DNA of 32,000 nucleotides from Ktedonobacterales bacterium (GTDB lineage Bacteria > Chloroflexota > Ktedonobacteria > Ktedonobacterales > JADMIN01): NCBI GenBank assembly GCA_030167145.1, contig CP126532.1, positions 600,001-632,000 on the forward strand, read 5' to 3'. Position 1 is the stretch's first letter, and each line of letters opens with the position of its first letter. The position numbers and the translations under genes are program-made. Shown one piece after another: positions 24,340 to 32,000 of the stretch. The notes under the pieces were generated by a model. That model did not search any database. It had not been told where the DNA came from and was given only the letters and a program-made list of their open reading frames with translations.

Positions 24340-24359
24340 CCATAGCGCATCTCCCCTCT

Positions 24360-24387
24360 TTCACGGCGCGCCGCCTCCTGGTATACT
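24360..24387 (+). promoter_or_regulatory. Candidate sigma-70-type promoter for the LssY_C-like gene
   Basis: TTCACG (24360-24365), a 16-nt spacer, then TATACT (24382-24387), about 115 nt upstream of the ATG at 24504. This rests on pattern match only. Confidence 0.3.
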
Positions 24388-24453
24388 GATGCACACCTTT
24401 GGCGTATTCCGTGCTACGGCAGCCAGTAATGTGGCGCTCATGCGGGAGTGATA

Positions 24454-24480
24454 TGTTCAGGGTGTTCAGGGCGTTCGGGT
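24454..24480 (+). repeat. Three tandem 9-mers in the 5' leader of the LssY_C-like gene
   Basis: TGTTCAGGG, TGTTCAGGG and CGTTCGGGT lie back to back at 24454-24480, ending 24 nt before the start codon. Confidence 0.6.
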
Positions 24481-24503
24481 GGTGAAGAAGAGGAAACAGT
24501 ATC

Positions 24504-25514
24504 ATGCTTGAGGTATTGGCCGCGCTCTCGCGTCCGCCGCTCGCCGGGCTGGCGCTCGACCTGGGTATCCTGCTCATCCCCTTCGCCATCGGCTCGCTGC
24601 TGGCGCTGCTGCTGCTGCTCTTCGCGGTGCTGTTTGTGGTGCGCGTGCTGCGCACCCTGCGCCTGCTCTACACCTCCGCGAGACGTGGGCGCCAGGTCTC
24701 CGCCGCCGAGAGCGGCCCCCATCCGCTCACCAACTTCAGCCGGGCGGGCGCGCCGAGCGATCCCCTCAACATCAAGGTCATCGCCACCGCCTCCCAATTG
24801 CCCACCGCCTTCGCCGCTGCCGGCTGGTATCGCGCCGATGAGATCGAACTGATCACTTCGATTCGCATTTCTGTAGATACCCTGCTGCGCCGCAGGTACG
24901 CCACCGCGCCGGTGAGCAATCTGTACCTGTTCGGACGTCACCAGGATTTCGCCTTCGAGCGCCCTGGCAGCTCAGTACGCGAACGCGACCACGTGCGCTT
25001 CTGGGATACGGGCGAGAAGGCCGAGGGTGGGCGGCCCATCTGGATCGGCGGCGCAACCAAAGACATCGGTGTCGAGATCCCCAGGGGCCGCTATCTGCCG
25101 ACGCACAAGATCGCGCCCGACGTGGATACCGAGCGTGCGACCGTCGCGCACGACCTTACTGAGACCGGCTGGGTGATCGCGCAGGGCTGGGAACCAGGCT
25201 TCGGCAAGCGCACCAAGAGCAAGAACGCGATGGGCGACTCGTATCACACCGATGGGCAGATCGCCGTGCTGACGCTGGCGGATGTACCGGTGCTGATCCC
25301 CATTGCCACCAACGTGCGCGGGCCATTCTCCGGCCTGGCGCGGGTCGCGGGCAGGCTGCTGCGCTGGCGTTTGCCGAGGATCGGCCGCGAACATGCCAAA
25401 GCGGCGAAAAAGGCTGACGCGACGCCAACCAGCGAGCAGCAGACGGACCAGGCAGAACAGATGGAAGAGCCAGTAGAGGAGCAGGTCAGCGCAACTCCGT
25501 CGGATGCAGAATGA
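24504..25514 (+). CDS. LssY_C-like domain membrane protein
   Basis: ATG at 24504 follows GAGGAA at 8-nt spacing. The N-terminus carries TM helices. The blocks DPLNIKVIATASQL...AAGWYRADE and APVSNLYLFGRHQDFAFERP...RDHVRFWDTG...PIWIGGATKD match my recollection of the LssY C-terminal domain family (PF14067). Confidence 0.65.
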   Translation: MLEVLAALSRPPLAGLALDLGILLIPFAIGSLLALLLLLFAVLFVVRVLRTLRLLYTSARRGRQVSAAESGPHPLTNFSRAGAPSDPLNIKVIATASQLPTAFAAAGWYRADEIELITSIRISVDTLLRRRYATAPVSNLYLFGRHQDFAFERPGSSVRERDHVRFWDTGEKAEGGRPIWIGGATKDIGVEIPRGRYLPTHKIAPDVDTERATVAHDLTETGWVIAQGWEPGFGKRTKSKNAMGDSYHTDGQIAVLTLADVPVLIPIATNVRGPFSGLARVAGRLLRWRLPRIGREHAKAAKKADATPTSEQQTDQAEQMEEPVEEQVSATPSDAE

Positions 25515-25845
25515 AGTCAATGCTCATCCACAGGCTTTTCGCATGGCGGTAGAAGAGCAGCGGGATCAACACCATCAATGGTAGGCCGAAGCCGTAGAGC
25601 AGCAGCGGCGGCGTCTGCCTGGCGGCCAGCGGGATGACGATAGCGGCGGCGATCAACTCCGTCACGACGAGGTTGACACCTATCGCGCCGGTCCAGTAGC
25701 CTTCTTCGCGCTCGAAGACCCAGCCGCAGTGCGAGCAGCGGTCGTACATCTTGTACACGCCCTTGTAGAGCTTGCCACGGCCACAGCGGGGGCAGCGCAG
25801 CAGCAACCCCCGAATGACGACCTTCCAGAGATAGGTGTCTTTCAT
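25486..25845 (-). CDS. DUF983-family small membrane zinc-ribbon protein
   Basis: It has two CxxC pairs (CPRCGRGKLY ... CSHCGWVFE) followed by two TM helices, which is the typical DUF983 layout. The start overlaps the upstream stop in an ATGA junction at 25842-25845. Confidence 0.65.
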   Translation of the reverse strand: MKDTYLWKVVIRGLLLRCPRCGRGKLYKGVYKMYDRCSHCGWVFEREEGYWTGAIGVNLVVTELIAAAIVIPLAARQTPPLLLYGFGLPLMVLIPLLFYRHAKSLWMSIDFILHPTELR

Positions 25846-26579
25846 GCGATCTCTTCTTCAGTCGGCAACGGCACGGCGGGCTTCTCGACTTCCGGAGGCT
25901 CCTCGCGGGCGATGCGCGTCCAGCCTATACGCTCCGGCGTCGCGATATCGCGCACGTGCAGATCGTCATTATACTGGCTGAGCCGCCAGCGCACGGAAAA
26001 GCCCTCAACTTCGCGCTTTTCCCAGACCGTAATCGAAGTATTGCGGGTATAGAGGCCAGTCGCGCCAGGCGTCAGGGTGTTCATGCCGAAGAAGACGGCG
26101 AATGAAGCGTCAATCACGCCGCCATGGCAGACGATGGTAATAGTTTTGCCGTCGTGTTCGGCCAGGATGCGATCTAGCGCGCCCGCGACTCGCAGCACGA
26201 ACTGGCCATAGTTCTCGCCGCCAGGGCCGAAGGGACGATACGGCTCCTTGCGGAAATCGGGAAAGTAATCTTTCACGTCGTTCCAGGGCTGGCCGTCAAG
26301 GTCGCCGACGCGCATCTCCTGCACCTCATCGTCAGGGATGATCGGCAGGCCGAGCGCAGGAGCGATGATCTCCGCCGTCTGCCGGGCGCGGGGCAGTGTG
26401 CTGGCGATCAATACATCCGGCGCGATCTCGCCGGTGGCGGCGAGCCGGTCGCGCAGGCGCTCAGCCTGGAGCACGCCATGCGGCGTCAGCCCGAGGTCGC
26501 CGTTCATCCCCGCGACCAGGCCATACGGCGGCACATTGCAGAACGCCTGCCCGTGGCGAATCAGATAGAGTCGTGTCAT
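25842..26579 (-). CDS. Histidine phosphatase family protein (phosphoglycerate-mutase-like)
   Basis: ATG at 26579 gives MTRLYLIRHGQAFCN, the RHG catalytic motif at the canonical N-terminal position. Later blocks are LTPHGVLQAERL and ITIVCHGGVI. The ORF-track start at 26729 adds 50 unlikely residues. Confidence 0.8.
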   Translation of the reverse strand: MTRLYLIRHGQAFCNVPPYGLVAGMNGDLGLTPHGVLQAERLRDRLAATGEIAPDVLIASTLPRARQTAEIIAPALGLPIIPDDEVQEMRVGDLDGQPWNDVKDYFPDFRKEPYRPFGPGGENYGQFVLRVAGALDRILAEHDGKTITIVCHGGVIDASFAVFFGMNTLTPGATGLYTRNTSITVWEKREVEGFSVRWRLSQYNDDLHVRDIATPERIGWTRIAREEPPEVEKPAVPLPTEEEIA

Positions 26580-26660
26580 CACGTGTATCCTCTCGGTACG
26601 TTGGGTTTCTTTCTCCCGTATAGCGTACCGCATCGGATGCGCCCGATAGCTTGGCTGCCG

Positions 26661-26711
26661 ACTGGTAGGACAGACCAGAATGCCTCTCCTAAGAATGTCT
26701 ATCCTACCAGT
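26661..26711. repeat. 15-bp imperfect inverted repeat (long hairpin) between the ABC operon and the phosphatase gene
   Basis: ACTGGTAGGACAGAC (26661-26675) pairs with GTCTATCCTACCAGT (26697-26711) at 14 of 15 positions. The 21-nt spacer and the adjoining start of the right arm carry AGAATGCCT and AGAATGTCT. Confidence 0.6.
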
Positions 26712-26770
26712 GGGAAGATCTAGCAACACGGGTGTGGGACAGACAACATTGTCCGCCCCACCGAACGCTA

Positions 26771-28678
26771 TTACACGGCGACCTCTTCGGAGAGGGCCGC
26801 GCCAGCGAACTGGCTGTTATAGAGATCAGCATAGAAGCCGTTCTGCGCCAGCAATTCTTCATGCGTGCCCTGCTCGACGATACTGCCGTGGTTCATCACC
26901 AGAATCAGCTTGGCGTCGCGGATGGTGGAGAGCCGGTGCGCGATGACAAAGCTGGTGCGTCCGCGCATCAGGTCGCTCATCGCCTTCTGGATCAACACTT
27001 CAGTGCGCGTGTCCACGCTGCTGGTCGCCTCGTCAAGAATCAGGATCGCCGGATTGGCGAGAATCGCGCGGGCGATGGTCAGCAACTGCTTCTGCCCCTG
27101 CGAGAGATTGGTCGCATCCTGGTTCAAGACGGTATCATAGCTCTCCGGCAGCGTGCGGATGAAGTGATCCGCGTGAGCCGCCTTCGCCGCCTGGATAATC
27201 TCTAGCTCCGAAGCGCCCTCGCGACCATAGGCAATATTCTCGCGTATCGTGCCGTTGAAGAGCCAGGTATCCTGTAGCACCATGCCGAACATGCGGCGCA
27301 AGTCGTCGCGGCGCAGGTCGGTGATGTCCACGCCATCCACCAGAATCTTGCCGCCGTTGATCTCATAGAACCGCATCAGCAGATTGACCAGCGTGGTCTT
27401 GCCCGCGCCGGTCGGCCCGACAATCGCAACGGTCTCGCCGGGACTCGCGCTGATATTCATGTCTTCGATGAGCGGCACATCCTCCACATATCTGAACGAC
27501 ACGTGCTGGAACTCCACCGCGCCGCGCGGCGCGGCGAGTACCGTTGCGTCGGCGGCTTCGGGCACCTCCTCTGGCTCATCCAATAGCTCGAAGATGCGCT
27601 CAGCCGAGGCCATTGTGGACTGAATAATGTTGGTGATGTTGGCAAGTTGCGTAATCGGCATGGTGAACTGGCGCGCGTACTGGATGAACGCCTGCACATC
27701 GCCGATTTCAATGGCGCGCTTCGTGACCATGATGCCGCCGATGACGCTGACGAAGACATAGCCGATGTTGCCGATGAAATTCATCAGCGGCATGATGATG
27801 CCGGAGATGAATTGCGCCCGCCAACCGGCATCATACAGCGTGTCGTTCAGGCCATCGAAGGTGGCGACCGAGATCCGTTCGCGTCCGAAGGCTTTGACGA
27901 TGCGGTGGCCGATGTACATCTCTTCCACATGCCCATTGAGGATGCCCAGCGCCCGCTGCTGATCGCGGAAATAGGTCTGCGAGCGTTTGGCGATGACCAC
28001 CGTGACGAGCATACTGAGCGGGAAGGTAATCACCACCACCAACGTCAGCAACGGACTGATCGTCAGCATCATCACCACAATGCCCACCAACATCACCGCC
28101 GAGGTGATCGCCTGTGTCAGGCTTTGCTGCAACGTGCTGCTGATGTTATCCATGTCGTTGACGGCGCGGCTGAGGATGTCGCCATGGGAGCGGCCATCAT
28201 AGAACTTCAGCGGCAGCCGCGCCAGCTTATCTTCGACCTCTCTGCGCAGTGTGTACACCGTGGTCTGGGCGACCCCCGCCATGATGTACTGCTGGAGATA
28301 GGTGAACGATGCGCTGACGACATAGAGGCCAGCCAGGATGAAAAGAATATGCGCGATATAAGTGAAATCTATCGCCGCGCCTGGCACATGGCGGAACTTC
28401 AGGATCATGCCGTCGAAGAGCTTGGTCGTTGCCAGGCCCAGAATCTTCGGGCTGACGATGCTGAATACCGTGCCAATCACCGCCGCGACCAGCACCGCGA
28501 TCAGATTGACTTTGTACGGCGCAAAGTAGCGCAGCAGCCGTAGCAGCGTCCCCTTGAAATCTTTGGCCTTCTGTACTGGCATGCCAATGGCCCCGAATGG
28601 ACCACCGCCCCGCCCCATGAACCCGCCCTGTTGGCCTGGCCGTTGTGTGGGAGGTCGTTCTTGGCTCACTTGACTCAT
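26771..28678 (-). CDS. ABC exporter half-transporter (TMD-NBD), canonical catalytic subunit
   Basis: It has a six-TM type-IV exporter domain. Walker A is GPTGAGKTT and Walker B is ILILDEATSSVD with the catalytic Glu. The switch motif is AHRLST. The signature is the non-canonical LSQGQ (27092-27106). Confidence 0.9.
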   Translation of the reverse strand: MSQVSQERPPTQRPGQQGGFMGRGGGPFGAIGMPVQKAKDFKGTLLRLLRYFAPYKVNLIAVLVAAVIGTVFSIVSPKILGLATTKLFDGMILKFRHVPGAAIDFTYIAHILFILAGLYVVSASFTYLQQYIMAGVAQTTVYTLRREVEDKLARLPLKFYDGRSHGDILSRAVNDMDNISSTLQQSLTQAITSAVMLVGIVVMMLTISPLLTLVVVITFPLSMLVTVVIAKRSQTYFRDQQRALGILNGHVEEMYIGHRIVKAFGRERISVATFDGLNDTLYDAGWRAQFISGIIMPLMNFIGNIGYVFVSVIGGIMVTKRAIEIGDVQAFIQYARQFTMPITQLANITNIIQSTMASAERIFELLDEPEEVPEAADATVLAAPRGAVEFQHVSFRYVEDVPLIEDMNISASPGETVAIVGPTGAGKTTLVNLLMRFYEINGGKILVDGVDITDLRRDDLRRMFGMVLQDTWLFNGTIRENIAYGREGASELEIIQAAKAAHADHFIRTLPESYDTVLNQDATNLSQGQKQLLTIARAILANPAILILDEATSSVDTRTEVLIQKAMSDLMRGRTSFVIAHRLSTIRDAKLILVMNHGSIVEQGTHEELLAQNGFYADLYNSQFAGAALSEEVAV

Positions 28679-30402
28679 GCGATTTCCTCCGCCGCAAGCT
28701 GGGACAACACGATCTCACGATAGACCTCGCACGAGGTCATCAATTCGTGATGCGTGCCAATGCCCGCAACTCGCCCCTCATCCAACACAATGATCTGATC
28801 GGCCTCCATGACGGTGCTGACCCGTTGCGCGACGATGAACACTGTCGCATCGGTGACTTCATTCTTCAGCGCGGCGCGCAGCCGGGCGTCGGTCTTGAAA
28901 TCGAGCGCTGAGAAGCTATCGTCGAAGACATAGATTTCAGGTTTGCGCACCAGCGCGCGAGCTATCGAAAGACGCTGCTTCTGCCCGCCCGACACATTCG
29001 CGCCGCCCTGAGCGATGGTCGAATCGAGGCCGTCGCTCATCCCGCTTATGAACTCGGTCGCCTGGGCGATGTCCGCCGCGTGTTGCACCTCCGCTTCGGT
29101 GGCGTCTTCTTTGCCGTAGCGGATATTTTCGGCAATCGTGCCGGAGAAGAGCACAGCGCGCTGTGGCACGAACCCAATCTTGGAGCGCAGATGTTCCTGC
29201 GACATCTCACGAACGTCCACGCCGTCCACGCGAACGGAGCCGCTCTGGATGTCGTAGAAGCGAGGAATCAGGCTGACCAGCGTGGATTTGCCCGCGCCGG
29301 TGCCGCCGATGATTGCCGTGATCTCGCCAGGGCGCGTGCGGAATGCGATGTTGGAGAGCGCAGGCTCTTCTGCGCCGGGATAGCTGAACGTAACGTCGTC
29401 GAACTCCACCACTCCGCGTTGCACGATGGTTTCTTTCACCTGCGCGGCATCGTTGATCTCGGGGGCGATGTCGAGCACCTCGTTGATACGCTTCGCGGAG
29501 GCCGAGGCGCGCGGCAGCATCACGAACATCATCGAGAGCATCAGCACGGCGAAGAGAATCTGCATGGCGTACTGGAGGAAGGCAATCAACGCGCCCACTT
29601 GCATCTCGCCCCGATCAATGCGGATGCTGCCAAACCAGAGGATAGCAATGGTGGCGACGTTGAGCACGATCATCATGATCGGCCACATGAGCGCGACGAT
29701 GCGGTTGACCTTGATCGCGGTGTCGGTGAGGTCGCGGTTGGCTTCGTCGAAGCGCGCCTTCTCGTAATCGGTGCGGGTAAAGGCGCGAATGACGCGCACG
29801 CCGATCAGCCCTTCATCCAATACAAGGTTGAGCCGGTCAAGCTTGACCTGCATAATCTGGAAGAGCGGAATCGCGCTGCGCATGATAAAGAAAATGGCGA
29901 TGACCAACAGCGGAATGACGCCCACCAGCACCCAGGCCAGTGTGGCATCCTGTGAGATGGCCATGATAATGCCGCCAATGGTGAGCAGCGGCGCGCTAAT
30001 CATCATCCGCAGGATGATGACCAATACCTGCTGCACCTGATTAGTATCATTGGTGGTACGGGTGATGAGTGATGCGGTACTGACGGTATCGAACTCGTGA
30101 AGTGAGAAGCTTTCGACGTGCGCGAAGAGCTTGCCACGGACGATTCTGCCGAAGCCGACGGCGATACGCGAGGAGAAGAAGGTCGCCACGACCGCGCAGG
30201 CGGTGCCACCCAGCGTCACCAGCAACATCAGGCCGCCGGTATGCAGGATGTAGCTAGTATCGCCGTTGACGATGCCAGTGTCTACGATCTTTGCCAGCAG
30301 TGTCGGCAGATACAGGTCCGAAAGGGACTGCAAGAAGACCAAGGCAAACACGAGCGCAATCGGGAAGCGATAGGGCCTGAGGAATCGGAAGAGTCTGATC
30401 AT
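28675..30402 (-). CDS. ABC exporter half-transporter (TMD-NBD), degenerate-site subunit
   Basis: Walker A is GGTGAGKST and the signature is VSGGQ. Walker B is IYVFDDSFSALD, with Asp at 28918-28920 where the catalytic Glu is expected. The switch region is AQRVST, with Gln in place of His. Both gene junctions are ATGA overlaps. Confidence 0.9.
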   Translation of the reverse strand: MIRLFRFLRPYRFPIALVFALVFLQSLSDLYLPTLLAKIVDTGIVNGDTSYILHTGGLMLLVTLGGTACAVVATFFSSRIAVGFGRIVRGKLFAHVESFSLHEFDTVSTASLITRTTNDTNQVQQVLVIILRMMISAPLLTIGGIIMAISQDATLAWVLVGVIPLLVIAIFFIMRSAIPLFQIMQVKLDRLNLVLDEGLIGVRVIRAFTRTDYEKARFDEANRDLTDTAIKVNRIVALMWPIMMIVLNVATIAILWFGSIRIDRGEMQVGALIAFLQYAMQILFAVLMLSMMFVMLPRASASAKRINEVLDIAPEINDAAQVKETIVQRGVVEFDDVTFSYPGAEEPALSNIAFRTRPGEITAIIGGTGAGKSTLVSLIPRFYDIQSGSVRVDGVDVREMSQEHLRSKIGFVPQRAVLFSGTIAENIRYGKEDATEAEVQHAADIAQATEFISGMSDGLDSTIAQGGANVSGGQKQRLSIARALVRKPEIYVFDDSFSALDFKTDARLRAALKNEVTDATVFIVAQRVSTVMEADQIIVLDEGRVAGIGTHHELMTSCEVYREIVLSQLAAEEIA

Positions 30403-30908
30403 GCGTTGTGGTCTCCGTGATCTCCGCTCAAGTGTGTGGAGTGCATTGGGGGCGCTTTCTCGTTGTAGTAGCGCAGCACCTTGGTAAGCAGTTCGGCGAG
30501 CTGGTCGCTCTGTTCTTCGCCGAGATATTCGACCAGCCCTTGAAATGAGGCGTCAAAGGCATCGGCGGCTTGTTGAACGACTGCAAGGCCGCTATCAGTC
30601 AGCGTGACACTGATCGCTCTCCGGTCAGTCGGGTCCATGTGTCGCTCGACGAGCATGCGGCTCTCCAGGCTGTTGAGGAGTTGCGTGACGGCCGGTGAGG
30701 TCACGTGGAGCAGCTTGCTCAGATCAGAGACCTTCATGATGTGGCGTCCCGCTCGCCTGCCTCTGCGAATAAGAAAGAGCAGACGGACCTCGCTGAGGGT
30801 GCAGCCAGCGATGGACTGCTCGTGCCATGCGCCGCGCTTGAGTTGGGTGAATGCCTGCCAGAGTTTCCGTGCGGTTGGGTTGGATTGCAAGTCGGCTGGT
30901 TCATCCAT
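30399..30908 (-). CDS. MarR-family transcriptional regulator
   Basis: 169-aa ORF with a wHTH core (LSEVRLLFLI...MKVSDLSKLLHVTSPAVTQLLNSLESRMLVERHMDPTDRRAISVTLTDSG). It is the first gene of the ABC operon. Confidence 0.85.
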   Translation of the reverse strand: MDEPADLQSNPTARKLWQAFTQLKRGAWHEQSIAGCTLSEVRLLFLIRRGRRAGRHIMKVSDLSKLLHVTSPAVTQLLNSLESRMLVERHMDPTDRRAISVTLTDSGLAVVQQAADAFDASFQGLVEYLGEEQSDQLAELLTKVLRYYNEKAPPMHSTHLSGDHGDHNA

Positions 30909-30954
30909 GGGACAATCTCCTATCCTCGAACGTGTGGGGTCGAGGCGGGTAACG

Positions 30955-30987
30955 ATAAGTATCTAATTTAGTAAGTAAAGTACTTAT
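30955..30987. promoter_or_regulatory. Candidate MarR operator (A/T-rich palindromes upstream of marR)
   Basis: TAAGTA-AAG-TACTTA is a perfect palindrome at 30972-30986. An outer inverted repeat, ATAAGTA (30955-30961) with TACTTAT (30981-30987), encloses it. The site lies 47-79 nt upstream of the marR ATG, in the only strongly A/T-rich stretch of this spacer. Confidence 0.5.
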
Positions 30988-31210
30988 AAAGCACGTGAGG
31001 AGGAGATGTCAAGTGAGAAGATAGAGCGGCAGGACTATGCACAATACTGTATAATACGGCGGCACATGTTCTTCGGAAGAAGGTTCGTTAGGAAGAAGCA
31101 AGCATCTGCCTGAGGTATGCGGTTCAGGCGCGAAGCCAGCCGCCAGCAGTCGGAAGTGGGGGATGCAAGTGAAATCCGGGCAGCATGAGGAGACGCGAGG
31201 AGCGGTTCTG

Positions 31211-31993
31211 ATGTCTGTACGTACTCCCGACAAGAGTTCTTCCGATCTACCCTCCGGCGAAGAGCCGAAACCTGGCGATGGGATAGAGATTCCCCCGCGA
31301 GCGCCGACCCTTGCGCGCCTCAGTCGGCTGCGGCGGAGAACCCCACTTGCTGTGGTGGGGGGCGCGCTGCTCCTGGCGCTGGCATTGGTGTTGCCACTCG
31401 CCGATTCCGGACGAACGACTACCACGCGGCAAGCTAGGGCAGAGAGCACGCCGACCGCGACACTCGCGCCAACGCCGACCGCGACGGTAGTGCCGACCCC
31501 GACGCCCATGCCAGGATTCCAGGTGTATATAGATCGCTCAGAGGAGTTCGTGATCCAGTATCCTGAGACATGGACGTCTTCTCCCGCCAGTCCTGGCATC
31601 GAATTCGATGATAATCCCAATACGCTTGGCTATATCGTGCAAGTGTTGCTGCCAGGAGACGCCACAACGGCCGGGCAAACGTCTGATCCCGACGATGCGA
31701 CGGTGTGGGTGCGGTATGAGCTGAATACGCTGGCGAGTAAGTGGCAGGGAAATTATCAGGAACTGACGGGGCCATCGCCAGCGGCATATTTCGGCGGCGC
31801 GACATGGCAAACCGGGGTCGCGCTGCTCTCGGTGAATGGCACATCAGTTCGCGTGCAGATTTACGCGACGGTGTACCAGGGTAAGCCCTACATCATTAAT
31901 CTGCTGGCGACTCAGGAGAAGTTTGCAACCGGGGTGGCGATCTACTTTACGCCGATGTTGCAGAGTTTCCAGTTCTTGCCCTCAAACGCCTGA
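31211..31993 (+). CDS. Membrane-anchored hypothetical protein with a Pro/Thr-rich linker and an extracytoplasmic globular domain
   Basis: ATG at 31211 lies 8 nt after GAGGAG, which is preferred over ATG 31163. It has a single TM helix (LAVVGGALLLALALVLPLA) and a linker (TPTATLAPTPTATVVPTPTP). The C-terminal ~170 aa have a beta-rich pattern; a PsbP/DcrB-like fold is only a guess. Confidence 0.6.
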   Translation: MSVRTPDKSSSDLPSGEEPKPGDGIEIPPRAPTLARLSRLRRRTPLAVVGGALLLALALVLPLADSGRTTTTRQARAESTPTATLAPTPTATVVPTPTPMPGFQVYIDRSEEFVIQYPETWTSSPASPGIEFDDNPNTLGYIVQVLLPGDATTAGQTSDPDDATVWVRYELNTLASKWQGNYQELTGPSPAAYFGGATWQTGVALLSVNGTSVRVQIYATVYQGKPYIINLLATQEKFATGVAIYFTPMLQSFQFLPSNA

Positions 31994-32000
31994 CACCCTG

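Noticed and set aside
26730-26770. Possible terminator hairpin (GTGGGACAGACAACATTGTCCGCCCCAC) after the ABC operon
   Set aside because: The stem needs a 4-nt bulge and there is no U-tract. The much stronger 15-bp inverted repeat at 26661-26711 is the better candidate structure.
31048-31055. TGTATAAT as an extended -10 promoter for the 31211 gene
   Set aside because: The TATAAT hexamer is perfect, but no acceptable -35 element lies at 16-18 nt (CGGCAG) and the TG is not correctly spaced. It is left unannotated pending TSS data.
31006-31113. 35-aa ORF (MSSEKIERQDYAQYCIIRRHMFFGRRFVRKKQASA) behind GAGGAGGAG
   Set aside because: The Shine-Dalgarno to ATG spacing is only about 2 nt. There is no supporting conservation evidence, and the ORF sits in the A/T-richer promoter region between divergent genes.
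31009-31620. Minus-strand 203-aa ORF overlapping the start of the 31211-31993 gene
   Set aside because: It has no RBS and low-complexity content. It is antisense to a plus-strand ORF that has a strong RBS, a TM helix and a coherent domain layout.

Overview
High-GC bacterial chromosomal window; the taxon cannot be determined from the sequence, though the style resembles Chloroflexota or Actinomycetota genomes. Nearly all real genes are long ORFs, and most other six-frame ORFs are antisense artefacts of the GC-rich sequence.

Left end (1-6150): a tRNA-Gln(UUG), a visibly A/T-richer standalone DUF3427-like gene, a secreted protein, a FemAB-family peptidyltransferase, a Rossmann-type methyltransferase-like protein, two small membrane proteins and endonuclease IV (nfo).

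Centre (6199-22757, minus strand): a tightly packed eight-gene cluster of about 16.6 kb, which is the main item of interest. In transcription order it encodes:
- a ~1600-aa protein made almost entirely of DNA-binding or reader modules (ScoMcrA-SBD-like wHTH, RNAP alpha-CTD-like HhH, sigma-70 region-4-like HTH, two HARE-HTH-like modules) with no recognisable catalytic domain;
- a 547-aa paralog of that protein's C-terminal module;
- a lower-GC 404-aa unknown;
- a ~1350-aa P-loop NTPase;
- a 323-aa Ala-rich unknown;
- a 374-aa unknown in the positional NurA slot;
- a clear HerA/FtsK-type ATPase;
- a 214-aa protein with a tentative PD-(D/E)xK-like motif.
I cannot match this cluster to any named defence or repair system and flag it as a candidate new HerA-centred DNA-sensing and processing (defence-like) system.

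Right end (22758-32000): an orphan HisKA_3 sensor kinase with an in-frame (TTE)8 9-bp tandem repeat, an LssY_C-like membrane protein, a histidine-phosphatase/DUF983 pair, a MarR plus heterodimeric ABC exporter operon with one degenerate ATP site, and a membrane-anchored Pro/Thr-linker protein.

No CRISPR array, integrase, transposase or rRNA was seen.
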